DNA of 26,280 bases from Chloroflexota bacterium (lineage in GTDB: Bacteria; Chloroflexota; Limnocylindria; Limnocylindrales; CSP1-4): positions 1 through 26,280 of the forward strand of contig JAXDKY010000075.1 in the NCBI GenBank assembly GCA_034666885.1, in the 5' to 3' direction. Of the stretch, positions 24,120-26,280 are shown in pieces (the stretch's first letter is position 1; every line of letters starts with the position of its first letter). The notes below the pieces were generated by a model. That model saw only the letters and a list, made by a program, of their open reading frames with translations, had not been told where the DNA came from and ran no database searches. Both the position numbers and the translations under genes were made by a program.

Positions 24120-26237
24120 ATGCCCACCCTGGACGCCGACGCGCTCCTCGCCGACCTGGAGCCCGCCCAGCGCGAGGCGGTCACCACCGTCCGTGGACCG
24201 CTGTGCATCCTGGCGGGCGCGGGGACCGGCAAGACCCGCGTCATCTCCAGGCGGGTCGCCTATGCATTGGCGACCGAGGCCGTCCGGCCCTCGGACGTCC
24301 TGGTCGTGACCTTCACGGACAAGGCCGCGACGGAGATGCGCGAACGCCTGGCGGCCGCGGGCCGGCGCGGCGTGTCGGCCTTCACATTCCACGCCGCAGC
24401 CCTGCGGCAGCTCCGCCACTTCTGGCCGCGCCTCCACGGCGGCGACCTGCCGGGAGTGCTGTCATCGAAGGCCTCCCTGCTGGCGCCGCTCGCCGCTTCG
24501 TTGCCGGGTGGCTACCGGTATCTCGCCGTCCGGGACCTCGCGGCCGAGATCGAATGGGCGAAGGCGCGTCGGATCGCACCGACCACCTACATCGAGCGCG
24601 TGGCGGCCGAGGGCCACGACGGCCCGCTGCCGGCGGACCTCATGGCCGGTCTCTATCGCCGCTACGAGGCGGCCCGCGACCGGGCCGGGCTGATCGATTT
24701 CGAGGACATGCTGGCCATGACCGTGGAGCTCATCGAGACCGACGACGCAGTCGCCGGCGAGGTCCGAGACCGGTATCGATGGTTCTCGGTCGACGAGTAC
24801 CAGGACACGAACCCGCTCCAGCAAGCCCTCCTCGATGCGTGGCTGGGCGGCCGCGACGACCTGGCCGTGGTCGGCGACGAGGACCAGACGATCTACACCT
24901 TCACGGGCGCCAGCAGCGACTACCTGACGGGCTTCGAGCAGCGCTACCCGGCAGCGAAGGTCGTCCGCCTCGAGAGCAACTACCGCTCCACGCCCCAGGT
25001 CCTGGCGCTCGCCAACCGCGTGCTGGCGGCGGGTCGAGCGGCCACCGACGAGCGGCCGCGGGGCGCCGTGGCACGACCGGAGAAGCGGCTCGTCCCGACC
25101 CACGACGACGGGCCGGCCCCGCACCTCGCCGGCTACGACACGGACCAGGCCGAGCTCGCCGCCATCACCGCCGCGATCCGGGCATTGGCCCTGGACGGCA
25201 CGGCGCACGGGTCGATGGCGATTCTCGTTCGAACCAACGCCCAGCTCCCCGCGCTGGAGGCGGGCCTCGGCGCGGCCGGAATCCCGTTCCACGTCCGTGG
25301 CGAGCGATTCTTCGCCCGGCCCGAGGTGCGGCGCGCGCTGCGGGTGGCCGCGGCGCTGGACCGACCGGCCGCCGCGCGACGCGTGGCGGAGGCGCCGGCC
25401 GGGGCCTCGGCGTCGGTAGCGCCGGGGGGGCCGGCGGAACCTGCGGCGCTCCCGGCGCGGCTGGCCGAGGCGTTCCAGCGCGAGCTCGGCGTCCGTCGCG
25501 AGGATGAGCCGGAGGGCGACGCGGCGCGCGAGCGACACGCGGCCGTCGTGACGCTGCTGGAGCTGGCCGAGGCCCTCGCCGCCGGGGAACCGGCCACGGA
25601 CATCGCCGACTTCCTGGCCGAGATCGAGCGCCGCGCCGACGCCGAATCGGGCGGGGCCATCAGCGGCGTCGAGCTGCTGACCTACCACCGGGCCAAGGGT
25701 CTCGAATGGGACGCCGTCTTCCTGCCGGCCCTCGAGGAGGGCACGCTGCCGATCCGCCAGGCGAGCGAACCGCGCGAATTGGCGGAGGAACGGCGCCTGC
25801 TCTACGTCGGGATCACGCGGGCGCGTCGCGACCTGTGGCTGTCGTGGGCGCGCAAGCGGACGGCCACGACCGGACGCGAGGGCAAGCGCAGCCGGTCGCG
25901 CTTCCTCGACGGCTTGATGCCCGCGCCGCCCAGGACGGTCAGGCTGGTGCCGTCGGAGCGATCCGCAGCCCCTCGGCCCGCGCCGGGCGATCGATCGCCG
26001 CTCTCCAACGCGCTGCGTGAGTGGCGGACGGGACGTGCTCGCGCCGACGCGGTCGCGCCGTTCATCGTCTTCCACGACAGCGCGATCGAAGCCATCGCCG
26101 ACCGCCGCCCGCGCACCATCGCGGAGCTGCGCCGCGTGCCGGGCGTCGGCCCGATGAAGCTCGATCGCTACGGCGCCGAGATCATCGAGATCGTCGCGAA
26201 CACCGACGAGCCGACCCCGGACGATGGTCAGCGTTGA
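24120..26237 (+). CDS. uvrD2: UvrD/REP-family ATP-dependent DNA helicase with C-terminal HRDC domain (UvrD2-like)
   Basis: LAGAGTGKT, DEYQD, GDEDQTIY, NYRST, TYHRAKGLEW, EERRLLYVGITRAR; HRDC LREWR...PFIVFHD...VPGVGPMKLDRYG; ATG 24120 lies 7 nt after TACGAT. Confidence 0.92.
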   Translation: MPTLDADALLADLEPAQREAVTTVRGPLCILAGAGTGKTRVISRRVAYALATEAVRPSDVLVVTFTDKAATEMRERLAAAGRRGVSAFTFHAAALRQLRHFWPRLHGGDLPGVLSSKASLLAPLAASLPGGYRYLAVRDLAAEIEWAKARRIAPTTYIERVAAEGHDGPLPADLMAGLYRRYEAARDRAGLIDFEDMLAMTVELIETDDAVAGEVRDRYRWFSVDEYQDTNPLQQALLDAWLGGRDDLAVVGDEDQTIYTFTGASSDYLTGFEQRYPAAKVVRLESNYRSTPQVLALANRVLAAGRAATDERPRGAVARPEKRLVPTHDDGPAPHLAGYDTDQAELAAITAAIRALALDGTAHGSMAILVRTNAQLPALEAGLGAAGIPFHVRGERFFARPEVRRALRVAAALDRPAAARRVAEAPAGASASVAPGGPAEPAALPARLAEAFQRELGVRREDEPEGDAARERHAAVVTLLELAEALAAGEPATDIADFLAEIERRADAESGGAISGVELLTYHRAKGLEWDAVFLPALEEGTLPIRQASEPRELAEERRLLYVGITRARRDLWLSWARKRTATTGREGKRSRSRFLDGLMPAPPRTVRLVPSERSAAPRPAPGDRSPLSNALREWRTGRARADAVAPFIVFHDSAIEAIADRRPRTIAELRRVPGVGPMKLDRYGAEIIEIVANTDEPTPDDGQR

Positions 26238-26262
26238 CCGAACGCCCGTTCGAAGGTATAGT
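26234..26262 (+). promoter_or_regulatory. Sigma70-type promoter for a transcript beyond the window
   Basis: TTGACC (26234-26239) - 17 nt - TATAGT (26257-26262); the -35 overlaps the uvrD stop codon. Confidence 0.85.
26238..26253. promoter_or_regulatory. LexA (SOS/Cheo) box
   Basis: cCGAAC-GCCC-GTTCGa, matching the GAAC-N4-GTTC consensus of Firmicutes/Actinobacteria/Chloroflexi, inside the promoter spacer. Confidence 0.8.
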
Positions 26263-26280
26263 GCACAAGTCACCGATCCG

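Overview
Very GC-rich bacterial chromosomal DNA with about 24 genes. The gene repertoire (DUF3090/SCO1664 pair, GAAC-N4-GTTC SOS box, Pro/Ala-rich lipoprotein and PBP linkers, many apparently leaderless genes) fits Chloroflexota or Actinomycetota; this is inference only. Left part: a partial multi-TM membrane protein missed by the ORF track, ftsH, a serine hydrolase and msrA. Next is an accessory-looking stretch (about 5090-7800). It holds a diverged relic of the msrA 3' end, a secreted Ig-like/Cys-rich protein, a VOC protein and a nitronate-monooxygenase-family gene bracketed by ~31-bp imperfect direct repeats; eda follows it. Centre: a translationally coupled sugar operon (GntR/UTRA regulator, ABC binding lipoprotein, two permeases, CE4 deacetylase, BadF-type sugar kinase), divergent from a GH4 6-phospho-beta-glucosidase across a 24-bp AT-rich palindrome. 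This looks like a PTS-independent pathway for N-acetylated disaccharides and is the best candidate for an undescribed system. Right part: class A PBP, orphan ModF-like ABC ATPase, 5-TM molybdoenzyme with an internal Tat motif, DUF3090 plus a PI3/4-kinase-like SCO1664 protein, RDD, GNAT and a UvrD2-like helicase. The window ends in a near-consensus sigma70 promoter with a LexA box in its spacer. I saw no CRISPR array, tRNA, rRNA, integrase or transposase.
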